From contig OZ244937.1 in the NCBI GenBank assembly GCA_965222075.1, positions 5,280,001 through 5,344,000 on the forward strand: a stretch of DNA of 64,000 nt. The letters run 5' to 3'. Within the stretch, counting starts at the first letter, position 1. The number at the start of each line of letters is the position of its first letter. The notes beneath the pieces were generated by a model. That model did not search any database, was not told the origin of the DNA, and was given only the letters and a program-made list of their open reading frames with translations. The stretch comes from Candidatus Latescibacterota bacterium (lineage in GTDB: Bacteria > Latescibacterota > UBA2968 > GCA-2709665). Below, one piece after another: positions 19,422-26,971 of this stretch. The position numbers and the translations under genes are program-made.

Positions 19422-20159
19422 TTACATTTTTCTGACTATGAAGTATGCACGTCTGCCCAGCTCATAGGGCTCGCAATCCAGTGACGAAAAAGTATCGCAC
19501 ACCTCGAAACCCACCTCGGAAAAGAGAAATGTCAACTCTCGAAACCCGTAGACCCGCATAGAGCTTATCTTCGTCTCGGAAATTCCGTTCGCAACCAAAG
19601 TCCATTCAGTATCGATCCGGCTCTCCACGTGTCGGTAGTTCGTGTCCTCCAGGACAACTGTTTCACCTGCTTTGCTCCAACCGCGGAACCGGAGTCTTGG
19701 GAGTATTGTTTCAGCGACGTTGGGAATATCCAGAGCAAACCTCGAACCAGTCTTGAGCGCTCGATGCACTGCCTCAAGGAATCGCCTATTTCCGTCGTCG
19801 TCGAAGTATCCGAAACTTCCCCAAAAACAGAATGCCGCATCGAATGTCTCAATCCAGGACAGATCCCTCATATCCGTCTCGACAAGCTCAAGATCAAGAT
19901 TCGCTTCTTGTGAAGCGGATTGCGCCTCTTGAAGAAGGACTGTCGTGATGTCAACGCCAGTTACTTTATAGCCTCTCTCAGCCAGCGGAATCGCCAATCT
20001 ACCATTGCCACACGGCACATCGAGAACCCGACACCCTGGCTTCAAATTGAGCGCGCGCACGAGAAAGTCTACCTCTTCTGAAGTACGCCCTGCTCGCGAG
20101 TTTCTTTGAACGTCGAGCCAGTTTCCCGCAAAAAAAGTGGTCCACCACTCAGTACTCAC
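19422..20159 (-). CDS. Class I SAM-dependent methyltransferase (cassette)
   Basis: VLDVPCGNGR, DMRDL, SFGYF; RBS GGAGG before GTG at 20159. Confidence 0.9.
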   Translation of the reverse strand: MSTEWWTTFFAGNWLDVQRNSRAGRTSEEVDFLVRALNLKPGCRVLDVPCGNGRLAIPLAERGYKVTGVDITTVLLQEAQSASQEANLDLELVETDMRDLSWIETFDAAFCFWGSFGYFDDDGNRRFLEAVHRALKTGSRFALDIPNVAETILPRLRFRGWSKAGETVVLEDTNYRHVESRIDTEWTLVANGISETKISSMRVYGFRELTFLFSEVGFEVCDTFSSLDCEPYELGRRAYFIVRKM

Positions 20160-20199
20160 GTTTAACCTCCAATCTCGGGTCACTCCAACATTCGATTTC

Positions 20200-20283
20200 A
20201 GCTAACGTTTTCGCCGTGCCCGAACCGCGAAGCGGTTGGGCGAAGGGCCGTATGGCCCGTAGCCGGACACGGACGTGTTAACC
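20200..20283 (-). mobile_element. attC-like site 7
   Basis: AGCTAAC-N7-CCGTGCCCG...CGGACACGG-N4-GTTAACC; close relative of site 3. Confidence 0.85.
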
Positions 20284-20370
20284 GCAGTGGGCATGACACC
20301 AATGAAGCTCGCAAATCAAAATGAGTGCCAAACAGAAAACACGCCAAGAAACTACCCTGGAGATATTGCT

Positions 20371-20889
20371 TCACAAGGTAAAGGAAGTATGCTTTCTCCA
20401 CTTGCCGTTGCGCTCCATCATAAGCCAAACCTCTTCTGCGCGACTCTTCATCGGCAGGTATGATTCAGCATTCGATTGAAATTTCTCGACGATTGCTTCC
20501 AACGCAACTGCATCATCCGCATGTGCTACGGTAAGGTGAGGGTTGACGGAAGAATAAGCCCCTTTGTAGGGTGGGTGGTCCGGAAATTGATTTACCAGAG
20601 CTTGAGTCATTCTTTTGAACTCATTATCGGGCTCCGGATGCAAATAGAGGACACCTGGAAACCTACGCACCTCGACAAGGAAAAAGTCGAACGGATGGAA
20701 ACTCTGAATCACCTCCCGGACTTCAATGACACTGTTTCTGGTGATGGCCTCTCGATCCAGAAACGGATAGAGTAGAGTGATATGGGCAGGGATCCCCGCC
20801 TTGGCTGCGGGATCGTATCTACTTCGATACGCCCCAACCAATTTCTCCGCCTTGGGCACCGGAATTAGGATTGCCGATTCGTCTGGCAT
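20371..20889 (-). CDS. 2H phosphoesterase / 2'-5' RNA ligase family (first cassette)
   Basis: Two HxT motifs: AHITL and PHLTV. Confidence 0.85.
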   Translation of the reverse strand: MPDESAILIPVPKAEKLVGAYRSRYDPAAKAGIPAHITLLYPFLDREAITRNSVIEVREVIQSFHPFDFFLVEVRRFPGVLYLHPEPDNEFKRMTQALVNQFPDHPPYKGAYSSVNPHLTVAHADDAVALEAIVEKFQSNAESYLPMKSRAEEVWLMMERNGKWRKHTSFTL

Positions 20890-20927
20890 TTTGCGAAATC
20901 ACTGGATGGAAACATCTTACCCATTGC

Positions 20928-20962
20928 GGTTAACTACGGGATTACCGAACAGTTACGGTAAT
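20928..20962 (-). mobile_element. attI-like array head site
   Basis: Minus strand ATTACCG-N8-CGGTAAT-N6-GTTAACC; the core pairs with the far end of cassette 1; no long attC hairpin. Confidence 0.6.
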
Positions 20963-20994
20963 ACGCGCCAGATCTGAGGATTTCCGAACGTTCG

Positions 20995-21393
20995 GGAACA
21001 TTTTGTTAATATTGGTTTTTGCAAGCCCGGTCAAACGCTTTCTGTACCGACCGCCCGGTCACCCGGTCTGGCGCCCGGGAACAGCCATGTTCGGGGTTGA
21101 TATTGGCGCCTGTAGTCTTGAACCGCCTTCTGTGCGACTGTGGAGAGCATCGTGTAACGATCCTTCCGGTGCTTGCCCTGGCGGATATGGAGCAGTTTTC
21201 GATCCCCGTCGATGTCTTCGACCTTCAACCGGACCACTTCACCCAGCCGAAGGCCTCCGGAATAGGTCAACAGCATGATCGCCTGGTGCTTCAGGTTTTC
21301 TACTGCATCCAGTAACCGAAGCACTTCTGCCCGGCTCAACACAGTGGGCAATTTGTGCTCCTTTTTCGGACGGGGCAGGTTTTCAAGAGGATA
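20995..21393 (-). pseudogene. Tyrosine recombinase remnant (non-IntI, integron-like family)
   Basis: PRPKKEHKLPTVLS...YSGGLRLGE...QGKHRKDRYTMLS...WLFPG, then frameshifted RSVQKAFDRACK; N-terminal domain, HxxR and Tyr are lost. Confidence 0.85.
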
Positions 21394-21770
21394 TTCCATT
21401 GAGGTCTTCTCTCGGCATTGCGGCTGAAAAAAGTGGATTGGCTTTGCTTTCAAACAAATCCCGTGCCGTAGAGACCGCTAACGGAGAACAATAAATGAAC
21501 CTGTTGTGAAATTAGTGTCAGATGGGAGAATATCCTTTTTTAAACAGACCTTTCAGGTTGCTGATTTGTTTCAAAACAGACCGTTCAACGCATTCAGAAA
21601 GTACCATATCCGAAGCGCTGAGAACGTGAACCTATTGTATTTTCAGGTCGTCGTATTGCCCCAATAAGGCGCTCACGGGATGGCGGAAGAGGGGCTGTGG
21701 GCGCGTTATCAAGCGCAGACGGTGATACAGGCGGCTCCGGCGGGTGTAGAGGCGTAAGCGCTGACTGAAG

Positions 21771-21815
21771 TAAAGGGTTGACCGGGGGTGCCCTGCAATA
21801 TATATTTTTCATGAC
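21771..21815 (+). promoter_or_regulatory. Sigma70-like promoter, copy 1 of a duplicated ~45-bp element
   Basis: TTGACC(21778)-N17-TATATT(21801). Confidence 0.65.
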
Positions 21816-21880
21816 CCCCGTGTTGAGGAACGGTGTCAGTCCGGCGATAATGAACCGATAGCACGCAGAAGGAGCCACCA

Positions 21881-22711
21881 ATGAATGCGAACAAGCCCCC
21901 GCAGACGTCCACGCCCACCTACACCATGGGGTACAGCGACGAGTTTCAGGAGATGCTCAAACACCGCAGCGCGGGCACCCATGCCGCGCACCTGCTCCCA
22001 TACCTCAAGCCCGGTCTCCGCGTTCTCGACTTCGGGTGTGGGCCCGGTACGATTTCGGTGGGGCTCGCACAGGCGGTGGACCCCGGGGAATTGCACGGCA
22101 TCGATATGGAAGCGTCGCAGATCGAGATGGCCCGAACTGCGGCGGCGGCGGGCGGGCACGACAACGCGGTATTCCATACCGGTGATGTGACCGATCTGCC
22201 CTTTGCCAACGACTCGTTCGATGTCGCCCACTGCCACGCCGTGCTCACACACGTTCCGGATACGCAGGCCACCCTGGCCGAGGCGAAGCGGGTGTTGAAA
22301 CCCGGGGGGCTCATCTCCAGCCGGGAACTGATTGGCGCCGCGTCGTTCGTCGATCCCGACCCCGGCGACCGCGGCGAGATGTGGGCGACGTTCTTGAAAC
22401 TGCTCGCGGGCAACGGGGGCCATCCCCAGATGGGGAAGGAACTCAAGCGGGCGTTTCTCGACGCCGGATTCTCGGATATCCGTGCAAGTGCTTCATTCGA
22501 TTCCTACGGCACGACCAGTGACATCGACAGGTTTTATGGGGTCGCCATCGGCTGGTTCTTCGCCCCCGATACTGTGGAAGCGGCCACGAAACACGGGCTG
22601 GCATCTCACGAGCAGTTCGATGACTGGCGCCGGATGCTCGACCAGTGGAAGGATGCCCCTGGTGCATTCGCCACCGTCGCCTGGGGAGAGGCGATCGGAC
22701 GTAAGCCGTAG
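21881..22711 (+). CDS. SAM-dependent methyltransferase (UbiE-like)
   Basis: VLDFGCGPG, LPFANDSFDV, RVLKPGG. Confidence 0.9.
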   Translation: MNANKPPQTSTPTYTMGYSDEFQEMLKHRSAGTHAAHLLPYLKPGLRVLDFGCGPGTISVGLAQAVDPGELHGIDMEASQIEMARTAAAAGGHDNAVFHTGDVTDLPFANDSFDVAHCHAVLTHVPDTQATLAEAKRVLKPGGLISSRELIGAASFVDPDPGDRGEMWATFLKLLAGNGGHPQMGKELKRAFLDAGFSDIRASASFDSYGTTSDIDRFYGVAIGWFFAPDTVEAATKHGLASHEQFDDWRRMLDQWKDAPGAFATVAWGEAIGRKP

Positions 22712-23058
22712 CCGCTCGGGTTACTGAAGCTTTCAACTGCGCCCTCTGGGGTGCCTTGAGCATCCTCGATGAAGAACGCGCCCGCCTGCTCCGCGCCTGA
22801 CTCGTGCTGCGCCAGCGCCAGTACGCCGCCGCCCAGGTCCGCCTCGTGGTCGAAAAAAATTCCCGTCTCGATGTAGAGCGCGAAACTCTCCCGATTGCCT
22901 CAGCGCCACGCTTTTCGCGTCTTGCGCTTCGGTTTCCCCTTCAGTGCAACGGCCACTTGTGGCGCGATTGCCGCCCAGTCTATTTCCGCTGGGGAGACAT
23001 GGGCTGCATCATCGGCAAATTCAAGCGGGCAGCATTCAACAGAGAAAGGAGTGGACCG

Positions 23059-23466
23059 ATGAGCGGTGAAACAGTGAAGTGGCCGATTGTAGAGCGGTGG
23101 GACAGCCATCCCCTGGACCTGAAGGATCCCCTGGAGCGTTTCAAGCGCTCGGAGTGGAACTACTTTTTGGTTGACCAGGAGTCGGGGGTGCTGATGGGCT
23201 ACTGGCTGGCGGAGGAGGGAGCCGAAGATTTGGGCGGAGACGAGTTCGACGAGGTGATGCACGTTATCGAAGGGAAGCTTTACGTGACCTGTGAGGGAGA
23301 GGCGTATACCGCCGGGCCGGGGGATACGATCGTGGTGCGTCCCGGCCGTCCGACCCGGATCGCCGCACGGGAGTTGACCCGGGCGTTCTTCGTCTGCTAC
23401 TCGATGTCGGACCCGGAGGCGTTCGAGGCGAGGATGCATAAAAGGATGGCGGAGAAGGGGCTGTAG
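23059..23466 (+). CDS. Small cupin (EutQ/cupin_3-like)
   Basis: FDEVMHVIEGKLYV...AGPGDTIVVRPG; RBS AAAGGAG before ATG 23059. Confidence 0.8.
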   Translation: MSGETVKWPIVERWDSHPLDLKDPLERFKRSEWNYFLVDQESGVLMGYWLAEEGAEDLGGDEFDEVMHVIEGKLYVTCEGEAYTAGPGDTIVVRPGRPTRIAARELTRAFFVCYSMSDPEAFEARMHKRMAEKGL

Positions 23467-23620
23467 ACCCGTTCTCAGTGTGACATCCAGCGCGAATATA
23501 GGCCCAGAAATCGCCGCATCGCTGAAGTTAATTTTTCTACGATTTAGGGGGGGGTATAAGCCTTTGTTTTTAATGAGACTATGCGCCCCCATTTTTACGA
23601 TGATCCAGGCTGAAAAAAGC

Positions 23621-23670
23621 TTGACAGGATAGGCGAAGCTGTTTATCTTTAGTAGTGAGAGATTGTCACT
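23621..23670 (+). promoter_or_regulatory. Sigma70-like promoter of module 1 with a downstream palindrome
   Basis: TTGACA-N17-TATCTT, then AGTGA-N7-TCACT (23654-23670). Confidence 0.65.
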
Positions 23671-23831
23671 TGTACGAATCATCCCGTCAACACTGAAAGG
23701 GGTGGTGCTTGCCGAGTAGATGGCTAAGGTCGTGAGGCACTGAATCGGAGGTGAAGAGGTGTCTGATCCAGAGCCTCGATCTGACGATAGGGTTCAAAAG
23801 TAGCCGGGGTTTCTCACCAGGAGGTTGTAGT

Positions 23832-26800
23832 ATGAGACGTGTATACTTGTTGTTTGGCATTGTTCTGAGCCTCTGCCTGCTGGCCGGTCCGGTGTGGTCG
23901 CAGACGACCGGTAAGATCACCGGTAAGATGACCGATCCAAACGGTGAGCCTCTGCCGGGCGCCAACGTGGTGATCGAGGGCACCCGCTTTGGGGCGACGA
24001 CCGACGCGGAGGGCATCTACGTGATCCTGGGCGTAGAGCCGGGCTTCTACGAATTGAAGGCTTCGATGGTCGGTTACGAGGCAGTGATCCGCACGAACGT
24101 GCAGGTGGCTGCGTACCGGACCACGGAGGCGGATTTCACGCTGCGGGAGTCGGCGATCGAGGCGGCGGAGATCGTGGTGACGGCGGGGCGGCCGCTCATC
24201 GAGGTGGACCGGACCGGGAGCGAGGCGAAGATCTCGGAGAAGGAGATCGAGCAGCTCCCGATCCTCCGGGAGACGAGGGATCACCTCCACTATGTGGCGG
24301 GGGTGGATCCGGTGAGGAATAGTGGTATTAATGGGGTGATCATCCGGCGCTCAGATAACTTTCGGATTCAGCAGTTACAGGCCTGGACGTTTGACGGCAT
24401 CGAATTGACGCTCCTGGACAACGGGACCTCGGGGTCGCTTCTGTGGGGTCAACAGTACAACAACACGAATGTGACGGCTATCGGCGAGATGGCCGTTGTG
24501 AGAGGGGGACAATCCGCCTCGCAGGCCCAAAATGCCTTCGGTGTGGTGAACATCATCACCCGCGAGGGGACGCGGGTTCTCCACGGCGGCCTCGACGTCC
24601 GGATCGAGCCGTCGGGCAAGCGGCACCACGGGCCGAACGTCTACGACGCCACCCCCGGGCAGCAGGGGGGTGCGAACGGGATGTGGCGGGACAAGCTGAA
24701 GTGGAACGATCCGGACTGGGTGAACGAGGCCGACCCGGTCACCGGGAAGCAGATCCACGTGAAGCAGGACTACGAGGGCGCTGTCGGACACTTAGTGGAG
24801 GGGTGGCTCACCGGGTCGCTGGGTGAGAACGCCACGTTCGTCTTGAGTGCCAGAACCGGCCGGTCCAAGCAGACCTTCCCGGCTCCGCAGAGGACCAGCC
24901 TGCGCCAGCGGCACATCTTCGGGAAGCTCAGTTTCACGCCGTCCGACAACCTCAAGTTGAAGTTCGGCTACCACGACTCGTATGAGCCCACCTGGGGTCG
25001 AGGTGACCAGAGAGGGGTGAACAGCAACCTCTTCCTGGTCCGGGACCGGGGGCATACGGGGTATGAGAGGCGGTGGAAGAACCGGATCGTCTACCTGACG
25101 GCCACCCACACGCTCGGCCCGAAGACGTTCCACGAATTCCAGATCGGGTTCTACGGGACGAACGTCGATACAACAGAGGAGACCGACGGGGCGACGAGTT
25201 CCTGGCGGAGGGACGAGAGCGGGAACTTCAACGTGGATCGGAAGATTCGGAATCTGCAGGTTGACCACAACCGGCGCTACAACTTCCGCTACGCCATCAC
25301 CAGCCAGATGAGCCGGTGGAACCTGGTCAAGACCGGGTTTACCCATCAGATCTTCCACAACGCCAACTGGCATTTACAACAGGGGAGCCCGAGCGGTGCC
25401 ACGATCTGGGTCATGGGCAAGGACGGCGTGCCGGGCACGCGGTATGTCGTCCACCGGTTTGCGTGGTACGCCGAGGACAAGATCGAGTTCCGGGGCATGG
25501 TCGTGAACGTGGGGCTCCGCTACGACGCGATGTGGGGCGGGCCCAGGAAGACGCTGGCGGGGTTTTACAAGGCGACGCCGCAGCATCGGACGTACAAGGC
25601 ATTCCTGACGCGCACGCCCCGGGCGCAGGGGAAGGCGCTGGCCTACTGGTCGCCCCGGGTCGGCGTTTCACACCCGATCACGGCCAGGTCGGCCATCCGG
25701 TTCTCGTTCGGCCGCTACTACAAGCCGACGTCGTTCGGGCAGATATATTCCGAGTCGTGGGCCACCAACGACTTGCTCAACCACCCCAACCTGGACGGTA
25801 CCTGGGGAAATGGGGGCAAAGCGGGCGGGGGCTGGTATCTGGACCATATAAACCGCAGCCCGTCGGGGAGCCCGAATTTGACTGAGTTCGAGGTGTCCGG
25901 GGCCTGGAACTTTTTGAGCAACTACGTCTTAGACATGGCCACCTACTACCGGCGGACGGAGCGCGCGACCGGCGGGAATAACCGCTATTACGTGGACCCG
26001 GTACGGGGACAGGGTCAAGAACGGACGCAGGGGCCTTTTGCCCGTGCGGAGTCCAAGGGCTTCGAAATGGCGGTCTACAAGCCCCTGTCCCAGAACTTCG
26101 CCTTCCGGTTCTCGGTGGACGTGGGCTGGTCTTTCTACTATTTCACGGGCGCCGCCCCGGTCCTCACCCACATCTACCCCGACTCCACCTACATCGCCGG
26201 CCCGAACTACTTCTTAGTGGATACGAACGACGACCCGGTGCTGTTGACGGACACACAGATCCGCGATCTCGGCCACAAGGCCAACGAGACCATCCGGAAG
26301 GTGCGGGAGCAGTTGACCAGGCAGGAGCAGGTCACGGATATCTTGACGCCGCTTAAGCCCCTCTCGGAGTGGCCGGGCATAAGCGGCGAGGATCGGAGTC
26401 GGCCCGAAATCCAGGGCCTCTGGTATTCATCCACCTGGAGATCGCTCAAGAACGCTGCGTGGGGTCCGCCCGCGCCGACCACACAGGCGACGTTCCAGTT
26501 CCTCTGGTCCACCCCGTCCGACTGGGGGCCGGGGCCGACTGTGGGCGGGTCGAAGCTGTTGGGCGGCATCCAGGCGAACCTGGTCTGGCGGTTCAACAGC
26601 GGGGTCAACTTTGCGCATACGCCGCCGGACAACCCGAAGGTGGTCGATGCCTTCCGCTCTGGACCGATGTTCGTCCGGGCGGACCTCAACTTCCAGAAGA
26701 CGTTCGAGGCGGGTACGGGCCGGCCCACGCTCTACGTTGAGGTCTTCAACCTTTTCAATACCTATCTGGACCAAACCCGCAACGCCAACTACGTCCGGTG

Positions 26801-26915
26801 GGGGCTTAAACTGCCGACGCCGAACGATTCGAACTACAACAGGTACGGCGACCCGAGCCCATTTCGGGGCGGCACGCCGCGCTACGTGAACCTCGGGGTG
26901 CGGGTCAGGTTCTGA
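23832..26915 (+). CDS. TonB-dependent receptor 1
   Basis: Signal peptide; GKITG...GEPLPGANVVIEGT N-terminal extension; plug; NVGLRYD; SPRVGVSHPIT; C-terminal LGVRVRF. Confidence 0.9.
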   Translation: MRRVYLLFGIVLSLCLLAGPVWSQTTGKITGKMTDPNGEPLPGANVVIEGTRFGATTDAEGIYVILGVEPGFYELKASMVGYEAVIRTNVQVAAYRTTEADFTLRESAIEAAEIVVTAGRPLIEVDRTGSEAKISEKEIEQLPILRETRDHLHYVAGVDPVRNSGINGVIIRRSDNFRIQQLQAWTFDGIELTLLDNGTSGSLLWGQQYNNTNVTAIGEMAVVRGGQSASQAQNAFGVVNIITREGTRVLHGGLDVRIEPSGKRHHGPNVYDATPGQQGGANGMWRDKLKWNDPDWVNEADPVTGKQIHVKQDYEGAVGHLVEGWLTGSLGENATFVLSARTGRSKQTFPAPQRTSLRQRHIFGKLSFTPSDNLKLKFGYHDSYEPTWGRGDQRGVNSNLFLVRDRGHTGYERRWKNRIVYLTATHTLGPKTFHEFQIGFYGTNVDTTEETDGATSSWRRDESGNFNVDRKIRNLQVDHNRRYNFRYAITSQMSRWNLVKTGFTHQIFHNANWHLQQGSPSGATIWVMGKDGVPGTRYVVHRFAWYAEDKIEFRGMVVNVGLRYDAMWGGPRKTLAGFYKATPQHRTYKAFLTRTPRAQGKALAYWSPRVGVSHPITARSAIRFSFGRYYKPTSFGQIYSESWATNDLLNHPNLDGTWGNGGKAGGGWYLDHINRSPSGSPNLTEFEVSGAWNFLSNYVLDMATYYRRTERATGGNNRYYVDPVRGQGQERTQGPFARAESKGFEMAVYKPLSQNFAFRFSVDVGWSFYYFTGAAPVLTHIYPDSTYIAGPNYFLVDTNDDPVLLTDTQIRDLGHKANETIRKVREQLTRQEQVTDILTPLKPLSEWPGISGEDRSRPEIQGLWYSSTWRSLKNAAWGPPAPTTQATFQFLWSTPSDWGPGPTVGGSKLLGGIQANLVWRFNSGVNFAHTPPDNPKVVDAFRSGPMFVRADLNFQKTFEAGTGRPTLYVEVFNLFNTYLDQTRNANYVRWGLKLPTPNDSNYNRYGDPSPFRGGTPRYVNLGVRVRF

Positions 26916-26919
26916 GCAA

Positions 26920-26950
26920 GTAGGGGCGAGTCATCGACTCGTCCCTATAC
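26920..26950 (+). repeat. GTAG-type REP-like intergenic hairpin
   Basis: GTAGGGGCGAGTC-ATC-GACTCGTCCCTA. Confidence 0.6.
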
Positions 26951-26971
26951 TACAATCGGGAGAGGTTCGAT

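Noticed and set aside
21005-21035. Cassette promoter TTGACC-N17-TATTAA on the minus strand
   Set aside because: Weak -10, and the sequence reads as the frameshifted continuation of the recombinase (QKAFDRACK)
20995-21453. Functional integron integrase intI
   Set aside because: It lacks the IntI insertion, the N-terminal domain, HxxR and the catalytic Tyr, and is frameshifted; the first ~20 codons of the listed ORF look unrelated
21540-21590. Short direct repeat AAACAGACC.TTCA x2
   Set aside because: Only two short copies with no supporting context
22715-23058. N-terminal extension of the cupin ORF (from 22804) or a separate gene
   Set aside because: A good RBS and ATG lie at 23059; the upstream stretch has an in-frame stop and no recognisable family
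23671-23831. Riboswitch in the TBDR 1 leader
   Set aside because: No cobalamin, TPP or other consensus recognisable by eye; an Rfam scan is needed
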